A stretch of DNA of 64,000 bases from an uncultured Chloroflexia bacterium (GTDB lineage: Bacteria; Chloroflexota; Limnocylindria; Limnocylindrales; CSP1-4), in the NCBI GenBank assembly GCA_963712745.1, contig CAVQJC010000002.1, positions 1 through 64,000 of the forward strand, in the 5' to 3' direction. A program made the position numbers and the translations under genes. The notes beneath the pieces are model-generated. The model saw nothing but the letters and a program-made list of their open reading frames with translations. It was not told the DNA's origin and searched no databases. How positions within the stretch are numbered: position 1 is the stretch's first letter; each line of letters begins with the position of its first letter. This document shows, piece after piece, positions 33,903-43,978 of the stretch.

Positions 33903-34526
33903 CTACTCCGAGGCCAAGCCCGCGACGAGCTCGATGATCGAGTCCGGATCGCCCTTCACGATGAGGGCGAGCTCGCCGCTACCAACGGCCACGTCGTCGC
34001 TCTCGTCGAATTCGCCGTCCTGGAGGATCGGGCTAGTGACCAGGAACACGTCGGTACCCTCGATCTGGGCCGGCTCCACGGCCACGTCCGTGTTGCGGAA
34101 GTAGTCGGGGTCGAGCTCGAGCATGAGCGCCACGAACGGCTCGGCCAGGGACGCCCCGTCGGCCCCCTCGATGCGCAGGGAAGCGATGCTGACACCCCGT
34201 GCCGCATCCGGGTTCATGGCTGAAGCACCGCCGAGCCATACCTGCTCGAGCCCGGCACCCTGGGCCTCGGCGAACGCGGTGATGGCGTCGACAGTGGGGC
34301 CGACAGCCGGATCGTCAGGGTCGGCCTGCTCCACGAGGGTCAGGAACGGCAGTTCGTACGGCTCGAGTGCGACCCCGGCGATCTCTGCGGGCAGGATCGA
34401 GGCTAGGCCCGACGGATCAGCCTCCACGGTCGAGTCGTCCTGGGCCAGGGCAGGCAGGGCGGCCACGAGGAGTGCGCCGGTGAGGCCGATCGCGGCCAGG
34501 GCTCGACGGGGGATCCGAGCATGCAT
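33903..34526 (-). CDS. secreted acidic hypothetical protein
   Basis: GGAGAG RBS, signal peptide ending ALA-QD, LP.EIAG motif. Confidence 0.75.
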   Translation of the reverse strand: MHARIPRRALAAIGLTGALLVAALPALAQDDSTVEADPSGLASILPAEIAGVALEPYELPFLTLVEQADPDDPAVGPTVDAITAFAEAQGAGLEQVWLGGASAMNPDAARGVSIASLRIEGADGASLAEPFVALMLELDPDYFRNTDVAVEPAQIEGTDVFLVTSPILQDGEFDESDDVAVGSGELALIVKGDPDSIIELVAGLASE

Positions 34527-34607
34527 GTGGAGACTCTCCAGGTACGGCCGCCCCGGGGATCGGAACGTGGCGGAAGCCTACACGCTGCGAAGCGTGATGG
34601 GCACCCC

Positions 34608-36296
34608 TCAGCGAGGTGCGGATAGCGACGCGGGGAGCACCCGCAGCTCGTAGCCATCGGGCAGTTCGGAGCGGATGGCTGCGTTGAGGACCCCGAAGTC
34701 CGCGCCGGGCGGAGCCCAGATCTCGATGGTCTCGTGAGCGGGGAGCGCGCTCGTCGCCGGCGCCTGACCGGCGGCCTCGGCCCCGGCCGCGGGCTGCGAC
34801 GCATGCACTACCCGGAGGTCGGAGCGCAGCTGCCACAGGTGGTACAGGAGCACCACCAGGGCTACCACCAGGATGGAGACCGCCCAGGAGGGGTCGTCCA
34901 GGTTGCCGCTGTCGAGCAGCAGGCGAGTACCCTGCCACACGAGATAGGCCAGCGAGCCCATGGCGGCGATGACGGCCAGCCCTGAGACGAGCACGAGATA
35001 GGCACGGCGCGACATGGCCTCGGCGACCTCGAGCGGCCGGTTGGCGCGTTCGGCCTGCGAGGTGGCCCAGGCCGGCAGCCAGAGCACGAGGCCGACGAGG
35101 GCCACGGCCAGAGCGCCCGAGCTGACTTCCGCGAACGAGCCGCTCGTATACAGGCTCTCCCGCGCCGAGCTTCCGACCGTGTCGATGAGTCCCTGGAGTT
35201 GCCAGGCCAGGCCGGCGGCCAGGCCGGCCAGGCCGACGACGGCCACGAGCAACCGGTTCAGGCGAACGACCGAGCGCTGCAGGAGCGGACCCTCCAGGGC
35301 CAAGGCCTCCCGCGCCCCTCGTCGCGCGTGCCACCAGCCGACCGTGGCGAAAGGCACGACCATGAGCAGTGGACCGCCCACGTCTTCGAGGAGTCGGTCG
35401 CCCGGGTTCGGCCCGGCGGCGCCCAGTGGGATAGCGAGCAGTTCGCGCAAGGCGACCGAACCCAGCACCAGCGCGGCGGCGGCGGCGGCGAACAGGACGA
35501 CGAGGAAGTAGCCCCGCCGGGTGTGGGAACTGCGATGGGCTGCGCCCATCGGATCAGGTGCTCGCCGGAGGCGCTCGGCCATCAGCCAGTGGGCCAGCCA
35601 GGCCCCCGAGACCACGATGGTGGCGACGACCGGGCCGGCGATGGCTTCCTGCCACCAGCGATAGGCCTCCCACAACGGTGGCATGTCCAAGGCCTTGCGA
35701 GCTGCGGCCGTGAGCACCTCCCCCGACTGGAGAGCGAAGACGATGGCGGTGAGGAGGAGGGCGCCGTAGAGGTAGCCGCGAGTGAGCCAGTCGCCGGCCG
35801 TGCGGTCGGGCGCCAGCCGCAGGTCTGCGGCGCGGGCCCGCACATGCAGTAACCAGGCGGCTCCGACGACGAGGGCGCTGCCCAGTGCGCCTTCGGGGTG
35901 CCATCCGGGCTCACCGAAGACGGTCGAGACCACGAGCTGGTAGCCGACGTCGAACAAGGCCCACAGGAGCACGATGCCGGTGCCGACGAGGAGGAGGAAG
36001 AAGTAGGTGGCACGGGAGGCGCAAGCGCGTTCGTCGGCCACCATGGCCGGGTCGCCGCGCAGGGTGCGGCGGACGAACGCGAGGTGCAGGCCGAAGATCG
36101 AGCCGCCTACGACCACGAGGGCGAGCGCCCGGCTCAGCTCCTCGCGTGCGTACGAGTCACCCAGGGCAGGGCGCGACCCGGTGGCGCCGACCACCGCCTC
36201 GAGCGCGAAGCGCATGAGGTCAGCCAGTCCCCACAGCAGCAGGGCCAGCGAGACGCCAAGGACGGCGTAGAGGTACAGGCGTTTGATGGTCAGCAT
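34608..36296 (-). CDS. polytopic membrane protein with repeated DUF5671-like units
   Basis: Repeated RxYxY/F-hydrophobic-HW units (IKRLYLY, RATYFF, TRGYLY, RRGYFL, RRAYLV). Confidence 0.8.
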   Translation of the reverse strand: MLTIKRLYLYAVLGVSLALLLWGLADLMRFALEAVVGATGSRPALGDSYAREELSRALALVVVGGSIFGLHLAFVRRTLRGDPAMVADERACASRATYFFLLLVGTGIVLLWALFDVGYQLVVSTVFGEPGWHPEGALGSALVVGAAWLLHVRARAADLRLAPDRTAGDWLTRGYLYGALLLTAIVFALQSGEVLTAAARKALDMPPLWEAYRWWQEAIAGPVVATIVVSGAWLAHWLMAERLRRAPDPMGAAHRSSHTRRGYFLVVLFAAAAAALVLGSVALRELLAIPLGAAGPNPGDRLLEDVGGPLLMVVPFATVGWWHARRGAREALALEGPLLQRSVVRLNRLLVAVVGLAGLAAGLAWQLQGLIDTVGSSARESLYTSGSFAEVSSGALAVALVGLVLWLPAWATSQAERANRPLEVAEAMSRRAYLVLVSGLAVIAAMGSLAYLVWQGTRLLLDSGNLDDPSWAVSILVVALVVLLYHLWQLRSDLRVVHASQPAAGAEAAGQAPATSALPAHETIEIWAPPGADFGVLNAAIRSELPDGYELRVLPASLSAPR

Positions 36297-36310
36297 GGCT
36301 CGGTCCTCCC

Positions 36311-36793
36311 CTACCAGTGGTAGTAGCCGATGAGCGGAGTGGCGATGCGCCACTGGTCGTCTTCACGCACCAGCGCCACCCGCGTCTGGTCGAGATAGCG
36401 GTCCGGACCGAGCAGTCCGGGGCCATAGCCGGTCTCGATGGTGACGTGCAGCGTCACGCGGTCGCCGCTCCCGGTCACCCTGTCGATCCAGATGCGCGCG
36501 GTCTCCTCGTCCCGCCAGCGAGCGGCGTCGCGGTACTCGCGTTCGTCGACACGATCGTGCGCCTCGTCGCTGAGTGCCGCCCAGGCGCCGTCGATGTCGC
36601 CACTGTCCCAGGCGCGTACGTAGTCCTGGAAGGCGGCTTCGGGTGACCCGGGCGCGTATTCGGCGTCTCCCTGGTCGCCGCCGAGGATGGCCACGGACAC
36701 CGCGAGGAGCACGGCCGCGACGGCCAGCACCAGGCCCATGAGCCAGGTCGAGCGGGAGCGGCGCTGCGTCTCCGGGGTCACGTTCTCGTTCAT
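36311..36793 (-). CDS. membrane-anchored NTF2-like protein
   Basis: Single TM, then SPEAAFQDYVRA..GD...AWAAL..LVREDDQWRI; co-oriented with the DUF5671-like gene. Confidence 0.75.
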   Translation of the reverse strand: MNENVTPETQRRSRSTWLMGLVLAVAAVLLAVSVAILGGDQGDAEYAPGSPEAAFQDYVRAWDSGDIDGAWAALSDEAHDRVDEREYRDAARWRDEETARIWIDRVTGSGDRVTLHVTIETGYGPGLLGPDRYLDQTRVALVREDDQWRIATPLIGYYHW

Positions 36794-36941
36794 GGGTGTC
36801 ACGATCGACCTAAGGCGCGCCCAGGACATCGGGCAGCGCCTTGGAATCCACCTCATCCGCCGACGCACCGACGACGGCCGGACCCTCGCTGAGGCGTGAA
36901 GAACTGGCTGTGCTCCTCGCCCAGGCTTGACGAACGGGCTA

Positions 36942-36960
36942 TACTCTGTGGTGCAGAGTA
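36942..36960. promoter_or_regulatory. palindromic operator TACTCTG-N5-CAGAGTA, likely bound by the downstream winged-helix regulator
   Basis: Perfect 7-bp arms, with TTGACG at 36927 upstream. Confidence 0.6.
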
Positions 36961-36988
36961 CTCTGCAAGCTGAACGTGGGGGTTTACC

Positions 36989-37631
36989 TTGAACGAGACC
37001 GTCACCGACCTCGACAAGCTGGAACGCGACGCGTTCCGCCGCTTCTACGAGGACGGGATCTTCGATATCTACCTGGGCGTGATGCTGCTCGTGTTCTTCG
37101 CGGCTTCGACACTGTGGGAGAACCTCGAGAACGAGGGCGCCATCTACGCCGGCATGATCGGCACAGCACTCCTGCGTGACGGTGCCGCTGCTGTCATACC
37201 GTCGACGCCTTCTGCGAGAGCGTCTGGGGACCTTCAAACCAGGGCCGAGGCGAAAGGTCAGGATCAGTCGCACGCGCGCGGTCCTGGCCGGTTCAGTCGC
37301 CCTGGGCCTGGCGGTCTTCGGCCTGGGCGCGGTAGCGGTGGCGGGCCCGGCGGACAAGGACAGCCTGGGGCTGGTCGTGCCGCTGCTCTGGCTGGTCAAC
37401 TCGATCGTCGTCTTCGGCGCCATGGCCTACTACCTGGACGTGCCGCGGTTCTACGCCTACGGCGTCGGCGGCGGGCTGATCATGCCGCTGATGATCTGGC
37501 CGGAGCTGCTGTGGGGCGTGGAGTTCCCGATGTGGCTGATCATGGGTGCCGCCGGCCTGGCGGTCATCGCGGTCGGGCTGGTCAAGCTGCGGCGCTTCCT
37601 GCGCGAGTACCCCGCGCCGCAGGCCAGCTAG
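36989..37631 (+). CDS. membrane protein, frameshifted near 37175
   Basis: The N-part (FYEDGIFDIYLG) continues after one extra base into ORF 37176-37631 (RLGTFK, TM helices, FLREYP). Confidence 0.75.
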
Positions 37632-37642
37632 AGCAGGCCCCG

Positions 37643-37966
37643 GTGACTGACAGCGAGCGGATGGTCACGGTGTCGGCCACGGTGGACCGTCTCATCCACG
37701 AGCCGGCCCGCCTGGCCATCATGACCAACCTCTTCGTGGTCGAGAGCGCCAATGCGACCTACCTGCTACAACAGACCGGCCTCACCTGGGGCAACCTCGG
37801 CTCGCACCTGGCCAAGCTCGAGGACGCGGGTTACATCGAGGTCGTCAAGGGCTACCAGGGCAAGAAGCCCGAGACCATGGTCTCGCTCACGGGCGAGGGG
37901 CGCGCGGCCCTGGTCGAGTACCGCGAACGCCTGCTGGCGGCGCTGGCGCCGCTGGGTCCCCCCTGA
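37643..37966 (+). CDS. winged-helix transcriptional regulator (HTH_34/MarR-like)
   Basis: DRLIHEPARLAIM..L, GLTWGNLGSHL.KLEDAGYI...K......P.T...LT..GR.A. Confidence 0.9.
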   Translation: MTDSERMVTVSATVDRLIHEPARLAIMTNLFVVESANATYLLQQTGLTWGNLGSHLAKLEDAGYIEVVKGYQGKKPETMVSLTGEGRAALVEYRERLLAALAPLGPP

Positions 37967-38062
37967 GTCGACGCCGTCGGGACGGACGTCGTGCTGGCCG
38001 TCACGCCCCGGCACGACCGATGGCCCGGGACGGCGTGCCGGCCGCGGACACGACAATGGGGC

Positions 38063-39199
38063 ATGCACCCACCCGAACGGTTCAGGACGGCCATGGAGCA
38101 CCGCGAGCCCGACCGGGTGCCCATCGACCTCGGGGGCATCGTCACCGGCATCAGCACCGGCGCCAGTACCGCGCTCAAGACCCGCCTCGGCATCGATGAG
38201 CCCGACGAGGTTGCCGACCGCGTGCAGCAGCTGGCCATCCCCCACCCCGACATCCTGGAGCGGCTGCACGTCGATTCTCGCTACCTCTACCTGCGAGCGT
38301 CGCGCGACTGGCAGGATGTCGAGCTGACCGCGGACACCTACCGCGACGAGTTCGGCATCGTGCGCCAGGCCGCCATACGCCCCGACGGCCACCTGCTCTA
38401 CTACGACTTCATCGGCCATCCGCTGAGCGAGGCGCGCACGGTCGGGGAGCTGGCTCGCTACCGCTGGCCCGATCCGCACGACCCGGCTCGCTACGCCGGG
38501 CTGGAGGAGGCCGGGGCGGCCATCCGCCGATCCGACAAGGCGCTCGGCGTCAACATGATCGCCTCGCTCTTCGAGTTCAGCTGGTACCTGCGGGGCTACG
38601 TCGGCTTCCTCGAGGACCTGGTGACCCAGCGCAAGCTGGCCGAGGCCCAGCTGGACGCCATGCTCGAGTACCAGAAGGCGCTCGTCGGCGAGGTGCTCGA
38701 CCGCGTGGGCCCGTATGCCACCTTCATCAACACCGGCTCGGACCTGGGCACGCAGCGAGCCCCGATGATCAACCCCGAGGTCTACCGCGAGGTCATCTGG
38801 CCCCGCTACCGCCAGCTGTGGGACTTCATCCACGACCGGACGGAGGCCAAGATCTTCTACCACTCCTGCGGCAGCATCGTGCCCCTGATCCCGATGCTCA
38901 TCGAGGGCGGCGTCGACGCCGTGCACCCGGTCCAGCCGGGCGCCGAGGGCATGGGTGACCGTGCCCGCCTCAAGCGTGAGTTCGGGGCCGACATCACGTT
39001 CTGGGGCGGCTTCGACCAGCAGCACACGCTGCCGTTCGGCACGCCCGAACAGGTGCGCGAGGCGGCGCGGGAGCTGTTCGATGACTTCATGCCCGATGGC
39101 GGCTTCGTCTTCGCGGCCGGACACAACATCCAGGCCGACGTCCCGCCGGAGAACATCCTCGCGCTCTTCGACGCGGCCCAGGAGTTCGGGACCTACTAG
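38063..39199 (+). CDS. uroporphyrinogen decarboxylase / MtaA-CmuA family protein
   Basis: EPDRVPIDLGG, DLGTQ, FYHSCGSI, PVQ, FWGG.D.Q..LPFGTPE, HNIQADVPPENI. Confidence 0.9.
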   Translation: MHPPERFRTAMEHREPDRVPIDLGGIVTGISTGASTALKTRLGIDEPDEVADRVQQLAIPHPDILERLHVDSRYLYLRASRDWQDVELTADTYRDEFGIVRQAAIRPDGHLLYYDFIGHPLSEARTVGELARYRWPDPHDPARYAGLEEAGAAIRRSDKALGVNMIASLFEFSWYLRGYVGFLEDLVTQRKLAEAQLDAMLEYQKALVGEVLDRVGPYATFINTGSDLGTQRAPMINPEVYREVIWPRYRQLWDFIHDRTEAKIFYHSCGSIVPLIPMLIEGGVDAVHPVQPGAEGMGDRARLKREFGADITFWGGFDQQHTLPFGTPEQVREAARELFDDFMPDGGFVFAAGHNIQADVPPENILALFDAAQEFGTY

Positions 39200-39258
39200 C
39201 GCGGACCTGAGCTCGTGCCTCAGGCGTCAAGAGCGCCACAGGTGGCCGCGGCCCGCGC

Positions 39259-40056
39259 CTAGCCCGACCGGCAGGCGGCCGCGTAGTAGAGCGGCACGTC
39301 GAAGGCGATATGGACCAGGATGGGCAGCCACAGCGACCCGGTGCGCCGGACGATGAGCCCCGCCACCAGGCCCCCGGCCGCGATGACCAGGACGACCGGA
39401 AGCGCCGGGCCCACGAAGTCCGGACCGGTGTGGGCCAGCCCGAAGACGACGGCCTGGCCCACGAGCCCGATCGTCGGTCCGGCAGCACGGGATAGCCATG
39501 ACATCAGGGCGCCGCGATAGGCCAGCTCCTCCATGGTGCCGTTGGCGATGGCCAGGGTGAAGGCCGGCACGATGGCTGCGGGCTGGGCCAGGTCAAGGTC
39601 GATGCGACCGAAGAACGGCTCGGCCAGGATCGTGCCCAGGTAGAGGCCCGGGACCGGGATGAGCGCGAGCGCGACGATGCCGAGGGCGAGCTCGGCACGT
39701 GATGGCCGGCTCAGCCCCAACGCCCGGAGTCGGGTGCCCGACGCGCGCGCCAGGGCGACGACGGCCCCGATGACCAGGGCGGCCTCGGCCACTCGCAGCC
39801 AGGCCAGCGGAGAGAACGGGTCGGTGCAGGCGAAGTCGCCCTCGAGCAGGCGGCTGCTGGCGATCTCACCCCAGCCGAGGATGAGCGCGACCGGGATGCC
39901 GGCGGCGAGGGCCCAGCGGGCGGCGGACGCCTGCGGGGCCAGGACGAAGCCGAGTACGAGCCCGGCCAGCAGCGGCAGTCGCACCACCGGCACGAGGGCG
40001 GCGAGCGCGAGGGCAGCCAGGACCACGATGGCGGTCGCGAGACCGGTCGGTCGCAT
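39259..40056 (-). CDS. CPBP (CAAX/Abi) intramembrane glutamic endopeptidase
   Basis: EELAYRG, FGLAH, GSLWLPILVH..FD. Confidence 0.85.
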   Translation of the reverse strand: MRPTGLATAIVVLAALALAALVPVVRLPLLAGLVLGFVLAPQASAARWALAAGIPVALILGWGEIASSRLLEGDFACTDPFSPLAWLRVAEAALVIGAVVALARASGTRLRALGLSRPSRAELALGIVALALIPVPGLYLGTILAEPFFGRIDLDLAQPAAIVPAFTLAIANGTMEELAYRGALMSWLSRAAGPTIGLVGQAVVFGLAHTGPDFVGPALPVVLVIAAGGLVAGLIVRRTGSLWLPILVHIAFDVPLYYAAACRSG

Positions 40057-40108
40057 CACGGTGGTCAGCGTGGACGCCACTCGAGGCCCCGCGCCAGTGC
40101 CGTTGGAC

Positions 40109-40801
40109 TCAGGCGGCTGACGGGGTGCGCTCGATGTCCGAGACCTCGGCGCGGAGGTACTCCCAGGGCTCGTCGGGCAGCTCGTAGGTGGCCGTGACCG
40201 AACCCGGGACGCGGATGCCGCCAAGGTCTCGGTGATCGGAGAAGTCACAGCGCCAGGGCGCATCCTCGTAGCCCTCGGGCACGTCATACGGCCGCGCCGG
40301 GCTGGACGCGCGCACGATGTCACCTTCGTTGTCGAGGTCGAAGCGGACGACCACTTCCCGTTCGGCCGCATCGGCGCGGATGTCGAAGGCATCGTCGCCG
40401 GCCCCTGACCAGCGCAGTCCGGGATCGGCCGTGGCCAGGTCGGGAAGCCAGGCCAGCTCGGCGATGTGGCGGATGAGCTGCATCGCGTGCACGTCCGGGC
40501 CGCTGCGGCCGCCCGTGGACTTGAGACCCCAGAGCTTGGCGCCACCCCAGCCGTCCCCGTCTGCGTGGCCATCGGTGGCGATGACCCAGATGCCCAGCAT
40601 CACCGCCAGACGCGCTCGCCATTCGAAGGCGAGAGGCCGGGACTGGTAGGTGCCGGCCGCGGTGAAGTCGAGCCAGCGCCCGTTCGCCTCCATGGAACCA
40701 CGCTGCCGGACCACCGCTCGTGACGGCGTCGGCGTCCCGGCCGGCATCACGTGGTCGAGCCAGCGGTGGGCAGCCGCCGGCAGGTCTGCCCGATCAGCCA
40801 T
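40109..40801 (-). CDS. DUF6544-like conserved protein
   Basis: DLPAAA.RWL, Q.G.M, W..FTA, ELAWLP, GIRVP. Confidence 0.75.
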   Translation of the reverse strand: MADRADLPAAAHRWLDHVMPAGTPTPSRAVVRQRGSMEANGRWLDFTAAGTYQSRPLAFEWRARLAVMLGIWVIATDGHADGDGWGGAKLWGLKSTGGRSGPDVHAMQLIRHIAELAWLPDLATADPGLRWSGAGDDAFDIRADAAEREVVVRFDLDNEGDIVRASSPARPYDVPEGYEDAPWRCDFSDHRDLGGIRVPGSVTATYELPDEPWEYLRAEVSDIERTPSAA

Positions 40802-41405
40802 CGCGCGACGCGCCGGGTTCGGCTGCGGCGAGGTCCCAGCTGCGCGGTCGCTCGAGCGCCTCCCAGTCGCCGCGCACGATGGCCATCAAGAGAGAGTCTT
40901 GCCATACCCCTGCGCGCCGGAAGTGGTGTCGGATGGTGCCGTCGACTGCGAAGCCGGCCTTCTCGAACGCCCGGCGAGCTCGGGCGTTGCCAGCCTCGGT
41001 GGTGAGCCAGACGCGCTCGATCTCGTAGCTACCGAAGATGAAATCGAGAGCGACGTTGACGGCGTCCGTGCCGATACCCTGGCCCAGGCCGGCCGCCTCG
41101 GTCACGAAGATCGACAGCTCCAGCCCGTCGAGGCGCGAGCCCCTGGACCAGAGCCAGAGCGTGCCCATGAACTCGTCGCTGCCGAGCGGCGAGATGGCGA
41201 ACCAGTACTCGCCGTGGCCGTGGCGCGACCTGACGTCGTCGTACCAGCGCTCGATGGTCGCTGCCGAGTGCGGCCACGGATACCCTGCCCAGGAGCCCAC
41301 CTCCACCGAGTTGACGGCCTCGCCGTAGGCGGCCAGGTCGGACGCCTCGAGCGCGCGAAGCCAGACCTGCCGGCCGCGCAGGCGGGCCCCGGGATGGGCT
41401 GCCAT
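40794..41405 (-). CDS. GNAT (RimJ/RimL-type) N-acetyltransferase
   Basis: VWLRALE..D, GQGIGTDA, N.RARRAFEKAGF..DG. Confidence 0.9.
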   Translation of the reverse strand: MAAHPGARLRGRQVWLRALEASDLAAYGEAVNSVEVGSWAGYPWPHSAATIERWYDDVRSRHGHGEYWFAISPLGSDEFMGTLWLWSRGSRLDGLELSIFVTEAAGLGQGIGTDAVNVALDFIFGSYEIERVWLTTEAGNARARRAFEKAGFAVDGTIRHHFRRAGVWQDSLLMAIVRGDWEALERPRSWDLAAAEPGASRDG

Positions 41406-41989
41406 CAGGCGGACGGGAAGTAGTCGGGCTCGTTGCCGGGCTTCCACTTGATGTTGCAGCCCACCGACGGCAGCTGCGACTCAGGGATAGGACGGCCGAC
41501 AAGAGCAGCGTCGAGCGCAGCGCGCAGGTCACGGCCGTCGATGGGAGTGTCGTTGGACGGGCGGGCCCCATCGAGCTGACCGCGGTAGACGAGCCGGCGA
41601 TCGGTGTCGAAGACGAAGAGGTCGGGCGTGCACGCTGCGCGGTAGGCCAGCGCCACCTCCTGGGTCTCGTCAGAGAGGTACGGGAACGTGAAGCCATGGG
41701 CGGCGGCGAACTCGACCATGCGCTCGGGCCCGTCGTCTGGGTACTGCGCGACATCGTTGCTGCCGATGGCTACGACGGCCACGTCCTGGGCGCCGTAGTC
41801 GCGCCCGACACGCGCCAGCTCGTCGGCCACATGGATCACGTAGGGGCAGTGGTTGGCGATGAACATCACCAGCACCACGGGCTTGTCGTCGAAGTCGCTC
41901 AGCGAGACGGTGGCGCCAGTGGTGACGTCGGGCAGCGAGAAGGGGGGCGCGCTCGTGCCCAGGGGGAGCATCGTGGAGGGGGTAGGCAT
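41405..41989 (-). CDS. thioredoxin-like AhpC/TSA family protein
   Basis: APPFSLPD, FIANHCPYV, SND..QYPDD, ACTPD, YRGQLD, GCNIKW. Confidence 0.9.
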   Translation of the reverse strand: MPTPSTMLPLGTSAPPFSLPDVTTGATVSLSDFDDKPVVLVMFIANHCPYVIHVADELARVGRDYGAQDVAVVAIGSNDVAQYPDDGPERMVEFAAAHGFTFPYLSDETQEVALAYRAACTPDLFVFDTDRRLVYRGQLDGARPSNDTPIDGRDLRAALDAALVGRPIPESQLPSVGCNIKWKPGNEPDYFPSA

Positions 41990-42122
41990 ATGCTGTGACC
42001 TCGACTTCAGGGCAACGGCGAGCGCGTCGCCTCCTCGAGATTCTGCCCTCTTGCGCGCACGACCGCATGCGCTCGTCCGATCCAGGCGCGGTGGAACCCG
42101 GTGAGCGCTACCCTGAGGCTCG

Positions 42123-42614
42123 ATGAGCGACAGTGGCGCCGTCGAGGCAGCGCGGGATCTGTTCCTGGACGATGCGAACACGTATGGATGTGCCGAGACC
42201 GTGTTCGTCGTCCTGAAGGAGGCCTATGGGCTGGCGGACAGCACCGACTCGTCCGCGGCTATGGCCTTGAACGGCGGGCTCGCCTACAGCGGCGGGCCGT
42301 GCGGCGCCATCTCGGGAGCGGCCCTGGCGATCGGCCTGCTGGCGGCGGAGCGGATCGCCGACCATCGCGAGGCCAAGCGGGCAGCGCGGCTGATCACGGC
42401 ACAGCTCTTGGCCGACTTCGAGGCCGAGTACGGAGCCACCGATTGTCGAACCCTGACCGGGGTCGACCTGCGCACGGACGAAGGCCACCGCGAGTTCATC
42501 GAGGGCGGGGCCTGGCGCGACGGCTGCCTGCGCCAGGTCGAGTTCGTCGTCGGCCGGCTCTCGCCCCTGACGGACCAGCGTGCCTGGGAGAAGAGGCTGC
42601 GCGAGATCGACTGA
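42123..42614 (+). CDS. C-GCAxxG-C-C family putative redox protein
   Basis: YGCAETV, GGPCGAISGA, DCRTL, GCL. Confidence 0.88.
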   Translation: MSDSGAVEAARDLFLDDANTYGCAETVFVVLKEAYGLADSTDSSAAMALNGGLAYSGGPCGAISGAALAIGLLAAERIADHREAKRAARLITAQLLADFEAEYGATDCRTLTGVDLRTDEGHREFIEGGAWRDGCLRQVEFVVGRLSPLTDQRAWEKRLREID

Positions 42615-42718
42615 GGGCGGCGCGGCAGACTGACAGGTCGGTTGCAGCGTGATCGGTCGGTTAAGGATGGTCAACGGTGGTTCACGCCAAGTCGGAGTTG
42701 CCCTAGGGTCCGACCCAC

Positions 42719-43708
42719 GTGAACAGACAGCGACCCAGCATCACGGCTGACCCGCGACGACCCCTAGCCGCGCGTGCTCGCCCCAAGGCAGGGCTCCTTT
42801 CGCTGGCGCTGGTGATGACGTGGGTCGCCCTGATCGGTGCGCCCCCGTCCCACGCGAGCGCGTCCGGGGAGGCGGAGGCCGCTCTCCTGGACGGCTGGTT
42901 GGCCCAGACGACGGCGGCGTCGATGGCGACCACGCCCGCGCCGCCAGCCCCGCTCGTTGGCGACGACCCGCAGGCGGGACTCGAAGTGGGCCCGGCGATC
43001 GAGACGATCCGTCTCAGGCCCGCGCCCAAGCCAGGTCCGTTCTCGATGGATCTCTATGCCGAGGGCGATTTCGTCCCTCAGCAGACGAAGTACTGGTGCA
43101 TCGCGGCGGCGACACAGACGATGATCAACATCATCGAGGACGACGCGCCGAACCGCTCGAAGGCATTCCAGAAGCGCCTTCACCTCGAGGCGCGGCGCCT
43201 TGACGAGCGGTGGGATCCGTTCTGGGAGCGGGTGGCCGGCGAGGCTCGATGGGACAAGGGCCTCCATGGGCTCGGGCTCCGCGATTGGGCAGGGATCCTG
43301 ACCGCGCGAGGCTACGGACCGTACAAGGTGGAACGCGCAAAGACACGCAAGCAGGCCATCCGCATGGCGGCGAAGGCCATCCGCCTTACCGGTCGGCCGG
43401 CCGGCCTCGTCGTGTGGCGAGGGGCGCACGCCTGGGTCATGTCGGGCTTCACCTCCACGGCAGATCCCGCGTACAGCAAGGACTTCAAGGTCAAGAAGGT
43501 CTTCATCGAGGACCCGTGGTATCCATCGGTGAGCTCGAACTGGGGCGCCTCGCGGCCGCCGAACAGCGCGGTACCGGCACGGGCGCTGAGCGAGGACTAC
43601 CTGCCCTACAACCGGCCGCTGCGGAAGCACCCCTTGCGCGACGGCAAGTACATGCTCATCCTGCCCACGCTTCCGGCCGGCACCGAGGTGGAGACCGCCT
43701 GGAGCTAG
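42719..43708 (+). CDS. exported papain-fold (C39-like) cysteine peptidase homologue
   Basis: N-terminal signal/TM; Q..YWCIAA, GAHAWVMSGF, IEDPWY give a Q/C/H/D order. Start uncertain. Confidence 0.65.
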   Translation: MNRQRPSITADPRRPLAARARPKAGLLSLALVMTWVALIGAPPSHASASGEAEAALLDGWLAQTTAASMATTPAPPAPLVGDDPQAGLEVGPAIETIRLRPAPKPGPFSMDLYAEGDFVPQQTKYWCIAAATQTMINIIEDDAPNRSKAFQKRLHLEARRLDERWDPFWERVAGEARWDKGLHGLGLRDWAGILTARGYGPYKVERAKTRKQAIRMAAKAIRLTGRPAGLVVWRGAHAWVMSGFTSTADPAYSKDFKVKKVFIEDPWYPSVSSNWGASRPPNSAVPARALSEDYLPYNRPLRKHPLRDGKYMLILPTLPAGTEVETAWS

Positions 43709-43825
43709 CAGCGAAGACCGCCTGGAGTCAGCGGTCAGGCCGGCTCGTCAGCGCCGCTCGGCGGGGCGGCTCTCAGACGCGATCACGGGAGCAGTACAGG
43801 TAGCGCTGCTCGATACCACCCGGCG

Positions 43826-43978
43826 TCACATGCCGCCCACGTCCACGACATTGCGTGCTCCCAAGGCCAGCGCACCCAGGACGAGACGCAAAGACAGCTC
43901 GGGAGTGGGCTCGAACCAGCCCACGCGAGTGGCATCCCGCGTCTCGTAGATGTGCTGCCAGTGTTCACGCTGTTCCAC
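43826..43978 (-). pseudogene. truncated class I SAM-dependent methyltransferase (5' remnant)
   Basis: MEQREHWQHIYETRDATRVGWFEPTPELSLRLV...NVVDVGG then stop, inside motif I. Confidence 0.65.

Noticed and set aside
36311-37423. 370-aa minus-strand ORF
   Set aside because: Only the last 160 aa (from ATG 36793) look coding; the rest is antisense to the plus-strand membrane gene.
36989-37966. Apparent membrane protein-winged helix fusion (325 aa)
   Set aside because: It results from a +1 indel near 37175. Two separate genes (36989-37631 and 37643-37966) fit the motifs better.
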